Part shown: positions 28,372 through 35,679 of the stretch, in pieces
How the letters are laid out: each line of letters opens with the position of its first letter
How positions within the stretch are numbered: the stretch's first letter is position 1
From: a virus
Lineage: Duplodnaviria > Caudoviricetes
Strand: one strand, 5' to 3'
IMG/VR virus record: IMGVR_UViG_3300020366_000001
Span: 32,001 to 96,000 of that record
Length of the DNA: 64,000 bases
The notes under the pieces: generated by a model
Databases searched by the model: none
Seen by the model: the letters and a program-made list of their open reading frames with translations, nothing else
Told to the model about the DNA's origin: nothing
Translations under genes and position numbers: made by a program

Positions 28372-28477
28372 ACTTTTCTGTGTCATAGTAATCATTTTCA
28401 CCTTTTCGTATCCCGAAGTATATCGTGGATAGTACAAAGGGTATTGCTCCCCAAAGAAGGACATCAGAGAAATTCAT
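28346..28477 (-). CDS. ndhP: NdhP-like small subunit of photosynthetic complex I (NDH-1), 43 aa
   Basis: Manual translation: MNFSDVLLWGAIPFVLSTIYFGIRKGENDYYDTEKYDGNGTAH. One TM helix plus a C-terminus matching the NdhP pattern FG..xG.YDT..Y.GNG.AH. Confidence 0.8.
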   Translation of the reverse strand: MNFSDVLLWGAIPFVLSTIYFGIRKGENDYYDTEKYDGNGTAH

Positions 28478-28616
28478 TTTTATCGCTTAGTCCAAGGGAC
28501 CGTAAGTATTCAATCCACCAATCGGGATTTTTCCTAGTTTTCCAATTCGGAACAGGTTTACCCTGCTCCGAATAATGTTTATATAGTACATCATCTATAG
28601 TCTGTGCGATCTCCAT
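28464..28616 (-). CDS. Small hypothetical protein
   Basis: MEIAQTIDDVLYKHYSEQGKPVPNWK...PDWWIEYL; likely start at 28616. Confidence 0.6.
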   Translation of the reverse strand: MEIAQTIDDVLYKHYSEQGKPVPNWKTRKNPDWWIEYLRSLGLSDKNEFL

Positions 28617-28800
28617 ATTCCTCTTCCTCTTCATCAACATCCTCATACGGGTTTGCCACGTAGGGTCCTCGTTTTCGTAGAGGTTCTTTTCTGACATAAT
28701 CCGTTTCAGCATTTACGGCAGACAACCAAACAGCAACTTTCATAACAATGAAGATGATAGCAAGGGGGGATAGGCACGCTACCAAGATGACTGGTTTCAT
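28591..28800 (-). CDS. Small single-TM protein with acidic tail
   Basis: VILVACLSPLAIIFIVMKVAVWL...DVDEEEEE; coupled to the gnd stop. Confidence 0.7.
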   Translation of the reverse strand: MKPVILVACLSPLAIIFIVMKVAVWLSAVNAETDYVRKEPLRKRGPYVANPYEDVDEEEEEYGDRTDYR

Positions 28801-29843
28801 CTTACGTTATGCCCTCCGAACATCTTCCTCATACCATTTAGTACCTTGTCCCCAAAAGTGCCCAGGTTGCGAGACGTAAAACGCTCAAACAACGCCGCAC
28901 TAATGACAGGAGTGGGTACACCCAAATCGACAGCGGCATTAACAGTCCAGCGACCCTCACCGCTATCGGAAACTCCTCCATCGAACTTACTAAGCTCTGG
29001 ATCGCCCCGAAATACATCCGCAGTAAGATCAAGTAACCAACTGCCAACCACGCTACCGCGACGCCATAACTCAGCCACTTCAGCACAATCAATATCGTAC
29101 TGATAATTTTCTGGATCTGACATTGGAGCGACTTCTGCATCTCCTTCCATAACATAACGAGATCCTAAATCTGCATTGTGTAAGATATTAAATCCTTCAG
29201 CATACGCTTGCATAATTCCATACTCAACACCGTTATGGACCATCTTCACAAAGTGACCTGCTCCGCTAGGTCCGCAGTGTAACCAACCGTACTCTGCAGA
29301 TGTTGCACCCGAATAAGGGTCTGTTCTGGGAGTACTCCCGATGCCTGGTGCGAGTGCCCTGAAGATAGGAGCACAGACGGATACTGCTTGATCTGCACCA
29401 CCAACCATAAGACAGTATCCACGCTCCAGACCGTAAACACCACCACTAGTACCACAGTCAAGATACTGGATGCCCAGGTTCTCAAGACGTTGTGCTCTCC
29501 TCCTGGTATCCTTAAAATTGGAATTGCCATTATCAATAACAATATCGCCAGGCTTAAGAAATGGTAGTAACTCATAGATAGTTGCTTCTACAGTTTCTGC
29601 TGGGACTACCAGCATAAAAATGCCAGGGGTGGATGAAGAGTCGCCAAAAGTTCCGCGACCAGTGTGTACTACTTGAGCAAGGCTTTCCAGAGAAGTGGTA
29701 TATCCACTGATATAACCCTCTTCATATTGCTGCGCAGCTTTTTGAACATTGTTACGATAACCGTGTACTTCAATTCCAGCTTTGATCATACGGCGAGACA
29801 TACCCTCGCCCATACGACCTAGACCAATCATTCCTACTTTCAT
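28797..29843 (-). CDS. gnd: 6-phosphogluconate dehydrogenase (short form)
   Basis: GMIGLGRMG, IDNGNS, DCGTSGG, GHFVKMVHNGVEYG, SDSGEGRW, FGGH. Confidence 0.97.
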   Translation of the reverse strand: MKVGMIGLGRMGEGMSRRMIKAGIEVHGYRNNVQKAAQQYEEGYISGYTTSLESLAQVVHTGRGTFGDSSSTPGIFMLVVPAETVEATIYELLPFLKPGDIVIDNGNSNFKDTRRRAQRLENLGIQYLDCGTSGGVYGLERGYCLMVGGADQAVSVCAPIFRALAPGIGSTPRTDPYSGATSAEYGWLHCGPSGAGHFVKMVHNGVEYGIMQAYAEGFNILHNADLGSRYVMEGDAEVAPMSDPENYQYDIDCAEVAELWRRGSVVGSWLLDLTADVFRGDPELSKFDGGVSDSGEGRWTVNAAVDLGVPTPVISAALFERFTSRNLGTFGDKVLNGMRKMFGGHNVR

Positions 29844-30070
29844 CCTTTAACCTCATTTTGAAAATATTCTGGGAGTGGACATCCCTTAAAATCATTTACA
29901 GTATCAACTGCTAAGACAAACATACAGGCAAATCCTAAACAGAAGGCAAATAACATTTGAGGAAAATTGTAATTGCCCATATGTGCGGTTGGATCTGGAG
30001 GATCATTGTGAGGATGAATCATCCTCTCTATTTCCTTCCGTCTCTTCTTCTTTTCCTCTTCGTTTGGCAT
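29840..30070 (-). CDS. Small membrane protein
   Basis: TM segment MLFAFCLGFACMFVLAV; coupled to gnd. Confidence 0.65.
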   Translation of the reverse strand: MPNEEEKKKRRKEIERMIHPHNDPPDPTAHMGNYNFPQMLFAFCLGFACMFVLAVDTVNDFKGCPLPEYFQNEVKG

Positions 30071-30218
30071 TGTGATCTCCTTTAGTGAAGGGTTCCCAAT
30101 GTTGCCATCCGTAATGATGAACTGCCCACATACCTATAACAGGTACAAAGACGAGTGCTAAGCACATAGTGCCTAGCGAATATGGGTTGTTTAAAACCCA
30201 CCTAGCAAAGTGTGGCAT
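30003..30218 (-). CDS. Small membrane protein
   Basis: MPHFARWVLNNPYSLGTMCLALVFVPVIGMWAVHHYGWQHWEPF. Confidence 0.65.
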   Translation of the reverse strand: MPHFARWVLNNPYSLGTMCLALVFVPVIGMWAVHHYGWQHWEPFTKGDHNAKRRGKEEETEGNREDDSSSQ

Positions 30219-30355
30219 TAAAGCAAGATAGCACCAATAACGAAACCTTTTCCGAATGCAATCCAAGCAATCTGATAATCAGATAGTTTAAACTTTCGTT
30301 GCATTCTCCTCATCATCATTTCATCCCAAATCAGAATGTTTTTGATGACCTTCAT
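30218..30355 (-). CDS. Small protein with C-terminal hydrophobic segment, 45 aa
   Basis: Manual translation: MKVIKNILIWDEMMMRRMQRKFKLSDYQIAWIAFGKGFVIGAILL. TAATG coupling; TTAAATA box at 30370-30376. Confidence 0.65.
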   Translation of the reverse strand: MKVIKNILIWDEMMMRRMQRKFKLSDYQIAWIAFGKGFVIGAILL

Positions 30356-30376
30356 TATTTTAGCTCCTTTATTTAA

Positions 30377-30781
30377 TTACTGCACGCCAATTTTGTTGAT
30401 AAACACATAAACGGTGTATTTGTGACCGCTTGTGCTTGCAGCAACAGTGATTGGAAGATTGGAAGCTTGATCTTCTACTACTTGACCTTCAAAGTCAAAC
30501 TCACCAGATCCACCTAGGACCATAACGGTGTCAGCAGCACGTTTCACATCGATGTGATTAGAAGAACCTGCATTGCTGTAGATGACCTTAGCAATCTCCA
30601 TTTTTGCAGGAACTTGAGTTCTGGTTGCAACACCTTTGGATCCACTACCTCCAAAAGAATTGTCACCAGACTCTACAGTTACATCAAAAGAGAGATCAGC
30701 GTGTGTGATGTCAACAGTATTCTCTGTGACAATCTTGACAACAGCGTGACGCTGTGTGTTTTTCAAGACAGTTTTGGACAT
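30377..30781 (-). CDS. Hypothetical beta-rich protein, late-expressed, possibly virion-associated
   Basis: 134-aa ORF preceded by CTAAATA at 30802-30808. Confidence 0.7.
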   Translation of the reverse strand: MSKTVLKNTQRHAVVKIVTENTVDITHADLSFDVTVESGDNSFGGSGSKGVATRTQVPAKMEIAKVIYSNAGSSNHIDVKRAADTVMVLGGSGEFDFEGQVVEDQASNLPITVAASTSGHKYTVYVFINKIGVQ

Positions 30782-30800
30782 TTTTCGTAACTACTTTGTA

Positions 30801-30944
30801 CTATTTAGATTTGGACCACTTGCTGTGAGACCAGCAACCATCGCGAACTCCGTACTCTCTCTTAAGATTTGGGTTAAATCTTTCAGACAATTTTCGCATT
30901 CCCGCCTTCTCCAAATCCGCAAGGATTTCTTTAAAAGGACGCAT
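30801..30944 (-). CDS. Small basic hypothetical protein, 47 aa
   Basis: Manual translation: MRPFKEILADLEKAGMRKLSERFNPNLKREYGVRDGCWSHSKWSKSK; downstream of TATAAATA at 30971-30978. Confidence 0.45.
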   Translation of the reverse strand: MRPFKEILADLEKAGMRKLSERFNPNLKREYGVRDGCWSHSKWSKSK

Positions 30945-30987
30945 ATTTATACTCTAATGTCTTCTTTCATTATTTATACCCTAAATA
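30944..30987. promoter_or_regulatory. Divergent late promoters
   Basis: Minus-strand TATAAATA at 30944-30951 and 30971-30978; plus-strand CTAAATA at 30981-30987. Confidence 0.7.
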
Positions 30988-31011
30988 TATTGAGGGTACA
31001 TCTCTATAAAA

Positions 31012-31506
31012 ATGAACAGACCACTATTATTGTTGGGAGTACTTACGTTAATCGCTGCTCCTGCACGCGCCGATATAACTCATAGACTCTCCTCAAGTGT
31101 GCAGTTAAGAGTAGATGCTGCGGCAACCGTAGCAGATCGAATTGGTTCAACCTTCAGTATTTCTGGTACAAATATTGATACTACGGACGGTAGTACTGCA
31201 AACACAGTTTCTGCTGGTACTATTACCTCTGGTGTATATTCTCCAGGAACTATTGCAGCAACCCAAGACACTCCAGGGGCTGCATTTTCTTTCCAACAGT
31301 CTTATACTCAGGCTGATGCAGTACCGACTTCTGCTGTAAGTATTGGTGGTGTTCCGAATTTCGGTTCAATTACGAGTACTGCAGCTGGCACCGCTGGCGA
31401 CCTAGCTGGAACAATTACCAGCGCTGGTTTAACTACCGTGACCGCAGGTGGAGCTGGTACTACTGCTACGGGACAATTTGTTTCGGAGATTACTGTAGGC
31501 AATTGA
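31012..31506 (+). CDS. Exported Thr/Ser/Gly/Ala-rich beta protein
   Basis: Sec signal MNRPLLLLGVLTLIAAPARA|DITH... Confidence 0.85.
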   Translation: MNRPLLLLGVLTLIAAPARADITHRLSSSVQLRVDAAATVADRIGSTFSISGTNIDTTDGSTANTVSAGTITSGVYSPGTIAATQDTPGAAFSFQQSYTQADAVPTSAVSIGGVPNFGSITSTAAGTAGDLAGTITSAGLTTVTAGGAGTTATGQFVSEITVGN

Positions 31507-31515
31507 TGCAAAAAG

Positions 31516-31998
31516 GTGATCGTGATGAAAAAGATATCTTCGATCTCTTTGTTTGCACTGTGTGTGGTGGGTGTATTTGTCACACCTGCAAGTGTGCAGG
31601 CGGTCCCCGTGGTCCCAAACTTCACACAGGGCTCAATGACGAGCCACACGGAGACAACCTCCAAAGTGACTGAAACGATTAACTCTATAGATTATTCAAC
31701 AGGATGGGAATACAGTGTAAGCGGAGTGAACATCACAAACGATGGTCAAAGATTAAATCCTCCAAGTACAACTTCAAGCGTGATTGTCAATCCGATGGGC
31801 GGTGTAGAAGGACAAGTGACTTCATCCGCCGCTGCGTTGGACTTCAGCAACACAAACAACTTCAAAATAGCAACTCCAGGGGAAGCGTTCCAGTTCACAC
31901 AACACTACCGTGGACCAGGAGTAACGAACCAAACTGTTATTCAAAGGATAACGGAAGTTACAAGCGTAACCGACACCACAAGTATCTTTACCCAATAG
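31516..31998 (+). CDS. Exported Thr/Ser-rich beta protein
   Basis: Signal MKKISSISLFALCVVGVFVTPASVQA|VPVVPNF; ATG alternative at 31525. Confidence 0.85.
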   Translation: MIVMKKISSISLFALCVVGVFVTPASVQAVPVVPNFTQGSMTSHTETTSKVTETINSIDYSTGWEYSVSGVNITNDGQRLNPPSTTSSVIVNPMGGVEGQVTSSAAALDFSNTNNFKIATPGEAFQFTQHYRGPGVTNQTVIQRITEVTSVTDTTSIFTQ

Positions 31999-32999
31999 CA
32001 CTATGTCTAACTCAACTTGCGATTGCCCCTGCCACTCTGGCGGCAGATGTGGGGGGTGTAAGTGCAACAGCTAATCCAATCGCGAATAGCTCTGGCTCAG
32101 TGACCAACCAAGCCATTCAGGTTTTGCAAGGTCCGTATATCACTAACACATATGGGGGTGGAATTAGTTGTCAAGGACCAACTATGAATTTCACCCCATA
32201 CATTACTCACTCGCAGAGTAATAAAGATCCGTTTGAACAAAGATATTTTGAACCTCAATACGACAACAGAGATTTTGAAGGTCGAACTGTTGAGGTGCAG
32301 AAAGTTGTAAAGAACTGGCCTTGGGAAGAGTGGTACGACAATAGAACTTATACTGACGCAGAGGGTAATGAAGTTCGTGCATATGAAGATGGTGCAGATA
32401 TGCCCATTACTATTATGGAAGTTCAACCCGATGGAGTTCCCGACAATCCTGGCTCAGTGTTATGGGATAAACCAGTAAGAACTGGTGAGAAAATTAACTA
32501 TAGTACCAACATAGGTTTATCTGCTACGTTATCACTACCTCTCGATGGAGGATTGCAAGAACGTTGTAAGGCAGCAGCAGATACACACAATCAACTACAA
32601 ACTCAACTTGTCGCTAATAAGCGATTAGATTTTGAGATTGCGAGACTAAAAAATTGTGGCGAGTTAAAGAAAGCTGGAATATATTTTAGACCAGGAACAA
32701 AATATGCTGTTATTTGTTCTGATGTAATTGTCACAAATCCAGGCGGTGTAATCCCACCACATCGTCATTCTATCCCTTCGGTTTCAGTGCCGAACGCAAC
32801 TTCTTTATCGCCTGATTCCGATCACGCTGCTCAGCAACCCGCTCCCGCAAGGACAATACCTGGGGCTTCTTACCCCGTAAGGCAGCAACCTTCTTCATCA
32901 CCTTCTTCACAGTCGGTTTCACCACTTTTAACAGAAGATCAGCAAGAGGTTTTGCGAGCAGTGCCGAGGTCGTTGCCACAACCGCAATGGCCGCGGTAG
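31995..32999 (+). CDS. Exported protein with an outer-membrane-efflux (TolC)-like beta-hairpin plus helix; start uncertain
   Basis: Signal-like IALCLTQLAIAPATLA|ADVGG; PTMNFTPY...IGLSATLSLPLDGG followed by a helix; four Cys. The frame is open from 31704. Confidence 0.75.
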   Translation: MALCLTQLAIAPATLAADVGGVSATANPIANSSGSVTNQAIQVLQGPYITNTYGGGISCQGPTMNFTPYITHSQSNKDPFEQRYFEPQYDNRDFEGRTVEVQKVVKNWPWEEWYDNRTYTDAEGNEVRAYEDGADMPITIMEVQPDGVPDNPGSVLWDKPVRTGEKINYSTNIGLSATLSLPLDGGLQERCKAAADTHNQLQTQLVANKRLDFEIARLKNCGELKKAGIYFRPGTKYAVICSDVIVTNPGGVIPPHRHSIPSVSVPNATSLSPDSDHAAQQPAPARTIPGASYPVRQQPSSSPSSQSVSPLLTEDQQEVLRAVPRSLPQPQWPR

Positions 33000-33525
33000 T
33001 CGTTACCGCTTCTGGAGCAGGTAGATATTTTTCAGTCCAAGGAATTTCTTCTGCGGGCGGTTCACCTACCTCCTCAACTATCTTTTCACAGACCTTCTTA
33101 GACTCGTTATATTTCTCATCGAGTCCACAAGAGGGTCTTTTTGGTATCTGGGGAGATGGTGCAGCAGGTGCTGATGTATCTTCTGGTGGTGGGGGAGAGA
33201 TCTTTGGTAGAGGAGGTTCCGTAGATTCAATGACTAATCGATTGGCATCGTAATCAATAGGATTGAAACTAGGAGTACCTGCATCACAAAAAGTACGAAC
33301 ACCATCTTTGTCTTCGTCCTTTAGTGTTTGGTTTTCATTACTATCAATATGTGCCTCAACGCAACCAGGGATATTGACAATAGGCACACCAACTCCCGAC
33401 ACGACTGGTGGTGCAACTGGTAGCATTGTGCTAGGAGGTGCAACTATCCATTCGGGCAAGACATTAACTTGAATATCTCTAATGTCGATATTCTTAATGC
33501 CAATGTCTATTTTTGGGATACTCAC
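32770..33525 (-). CDS. Pro-rich protein with a C-terminal membrane anchor and basic tail
   Basis: TTTAAIAVVATTSALLA then PLADLLLKVVKPTVKKVMKK; Cys pairs. Confidence 0.8.
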   Translation of the reverse strand: MSIPKIDIGIKNIDIRDIQVNVLPEWIVAPPSTMLPVAPPVVSGVGVPIVNIPGCVEAHIDSNENQTLKDEDKDGVRTFCDAGTPSFNPIDYDANRLVIESTEPPLPKISPPPPEDTSAPAAPSPQIPKRPSCGLDEKYNESKKVCEKIVEEVGEPPAEEIPWTEKYLPAPEAVTTTAAIAVVATTSALLAKPLADLLLKVVKPTVKKVMKKVAALRGKKPQVLSLRERVAEQRDRNQAIKKLRSALKPKG

Positions 33526-33767
33526 AGACCAGGAATGGCAGGCATTGAGGTGCTAACACCACCCGTAGCGCTAGGCATCTTAGGCATAGCACCACTGATC
33601 ATTCCAGGAAGAGCATCAGTAATAGCTTCAGTAACTGCCGCAGTTGCTTTTTCTCTTGCTGATTCAATCAGAGAATCCTTGTTAAGGTATAGGTAAGCAC
33701 TACCACCAACAACGGCAGCAGATACACCAAAAGACGCAATAGCAAGTATGTTGATAATTTTTTGCAT
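33522..33767 (-). CDS. Small protein with an N-terminal TM anchor
   Basis: MQKIINILAIASFGVSAAVVGGSAYLYL; CTAAATA at 33789-33795. Confidence 0.75.
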   Translation of the reverse strand: MQKIINILAIASFGVSAAVVGGSAYLYLNKDSLIESAREKATAAVTEAITDALPGMISGAMPKMPSATGGVSTSMPAIPGL

Positions 33768-33777
33768 TGTAAGTACT

Positions 33778-34290
33778 TCACTGTACTTTATTTAGTAGAA
33801 GGATTGCATTTTCCAGTTCTTCTTTATGATTCCACTCATCTTGTGCAACAGCAGCAATCTCTTTATCTTCTGGATGTGTCGCAAGATATTTAATATATGT
33901 CTCGAAAGCGTGCTCTTCTACTTTGACACTAACATCGTAAGCATTGCGAGGAGATACCCAATAATAAACCACGTTAACCCAATAGTAGATAAGGACGAGA
34001 TGCTTGGCAACAAAACGATCGATAAAATAAGCGTTGCCACCCCTACTTTCCATAAGTTCCAAATGTTCTGTTTCATTTAATGTCTGAGCAAAATGTTCTT
34101 TCATCAAATAGATATGTTCTGGTCCTCGCAATCCCAGAGATTCTCTGAGATGTAGTACACTCAAAAAAGCAAAATAGGGTGCCCGAGCAATTTCCTCAAG
34201 CACCCAAAAACGTTGTATTTCCCTGCCACGGTACAGAAAATCTAGTACCGCGACAGTCACGTTGAGAACGACCGTGTTAAGAGTCTTCAT
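33778..34290 (-). CDS. ptox: Plastoquinol terminal oxidase (PTOX)
   Basis: Di-iron motifs LEEIARAPYF, NETEHL, EEHAFETY, DEWNH. Confidence 0.93.
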   Translation of the reverse strand: MKTLNTVVLNVTVAVLDFLYRGREIQRFWVLEEIARAPYFAFLSVLHLRESLGLRGPEHIYLMKEHFAQTLNETEHLELMESRGGNAYFIDRFVAKHLVLIYYWVNVVYYWVSPRNAYDVSVKVEEHAFETYIKYLATHPEDKEIAAVAQDEWNHKEELENAILLLNKVQ

Positions 34291-34846
34291 CTACTTGGAT
34301 AGGTTCTTCTATACAATCTTTATACATCTTAGCAAGTTGTCCACCTACTTGCTCTCCTTGTTCCGAACTAAACATAGTTACGAATCCAGCGAGTGCCCAC
34401 CCAACAAAAGGTATTCCAGAAACAAAAGAAGCAGCTGCAGAACCCATACTAGCTCCTACAATCTTTCCTGTTTGTTTTCCACCACCTTCCGCCTGCAAAC
34501 ACGCTACGGTTTCGGCACTTAACTTTTTTCCATCAATAACTACTCCTCCCTCACCTGTATGTTTTGCACCGTCCATAGTATATTCTTCATAGGTTTGGAT
34601 TTGTTGTCGCTGTAGTCCCAAGAAACCAGATGGTCGATCGGAAGTTCTATTCTCGATCATCACTTTAGGATCGTTTGCACGATACTGTATTCTATATCCA
34701 TCTTTACTTGCCTCAACAGTGTAGGCATTGTAATCTTGGGTTGGCAGATTAACTACAGGCAACCCATTTCGTTGAACTAATAATCCTATCATTCCGACGT
34801 GTGACACTCCAATGAGTGCTCCCAATCCTATAGTGAACCACTTCAT
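34277..34846 (-). CDS. Membrane protein with glycine zipper
   Basis: N-terminal TM; GKIVGASMGSAAA...IPFVGWALAG...GEQVGG flanked by Cys. Confidence 0.75.
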   Translation of the reverse strand: MKWFTIGLGALIGVSHVGMIGLLVQRNGLPVVNLPTQDYNAYTVEASKDGYRIQYRANDPKVMIENRTSDRPSGFLGLQRQQIQTYEEYTMDGAKHTGEGGVVIDGKKLSAETVACLQAEGGGKQTGKIVGASMGSAAASFVSGIPFVGWALAGFVTMFSSEQGEQVGGQLAKMYKDCIEEPIQVDEDS

Positions 34847-34850
34847 AGCA

Positions 34851-35270
34851 TTATCCTTTCTTGTCCGTTGTCGGGGGTTGCAACACTAACGGTGCCTGTT
34901 CAATACGAATAGTTTGAGCAGGAGCTGTTGCCGCCGCCTTTTCAATCAGTCTCTCCATATCTGCTTTGGAGATAGAACCAGGAGGCATTTTCATAGTGCC
35001 ATCACCACTTTTTTTAGCCGTTTGAACCCCGAACGTAGCTAAAACCCCAGTAAACACGCTGGCTATGAAAGTTGGATCGATTTTCTGTTGTGGTAATCCA
35101 GGAATAGTAACATAGTTAAGAGTAAGAATTCCGCCACTCCAAACTAAAATACCTAATCTTACCAAGGTACTGAGAACCATTAACTGTTCATCAGCATCTT
35201 GTGCTTTTTCTTTTAATTTACCAAAGGGACCTTTAGGTTTGGTCTCTGGTTTCTTCTGTTCTTCCGTCAT
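34851..35270 (-). CDS. Two-TM membrane protein (holin-like topology)
   Basis: TM1 VRLGILVWSGGILTL, TM2 FIASVFTGVLATFGV, charged termini. Confidence 0.75.
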   Translation of the reverse strand: MTEEQKKPETKPKGPFGKLKEKAQDADEQLMVLSTLVRLGILVWSGGILTLNYVTIPGLPQQKIDPTFIASVFTGVLATFGVQTAKKSGDGTMKMPPGSISKADMERLIEKAAATAPAQTIRIEQAPLVLQPPTTDKKG

Positions 35271-35679
35271 TTTCTATCTCCGCATTTTTGAGCATTTTTG
35301 CAAGTTCTGCGGTACTTCCAACAAACATTGTGTTGTTCACAGTAGAGGGACCACGGGCATCTTTGCCCTCTTTCACTTCCTTGGTATCTTTCTGTAACTT
35401 CATCAACTTGTCAGTTGTGTCCGCTACGTTCTTAATCATTAAGGCAGCAACTTCATATGCTCTCGGATGATCCGAGGATGCCGCGACATCAAGAATACCG
35501 TTAAGTGCTTCCTGACCCTTTTCAATGAGAGAGTACAAATTGCCACGAGTATATTCGTAGTCCTTTGTTACATCCTCAGCCCTTTCGGGTTTTTTAGGTT
35601 CAACAGTCGCTTCAACAACATCAGCTTCCTCTTCGGGAAGATTTAACAGATCTTTCATATTATCTTCTAGTTTACTCAT
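35233..35679 (-). CDS. gp16: Terminase small subunit gp16
   Basis: DYEYTRGNLYSLIEKGQEA, HPRAYEV, FVGSTAEL. Confidence 0.95.
   Translation of the reverse strand: MSKLEDNMKDLLNLPEEEADVVEATVEPKKPERAEDVTKDYEYTRGNLYSLIEKGQEALNGILDVAASSDHPRAYEVAALMIKNVADTTDKLMKLQKDTKEVKEGKDARGPSTVNNTMFVGSTAELAKMLKNAEIENDGRTEETRDQT

Noticed and set aside
28372-28464. N-terminal extension of zwf in the ORF track (MSFFGEQY...)
   Set aside because: This stretch is better explained by the NdhP-like ORF in another frame; the G6PD fold starts just after MTETEPP.
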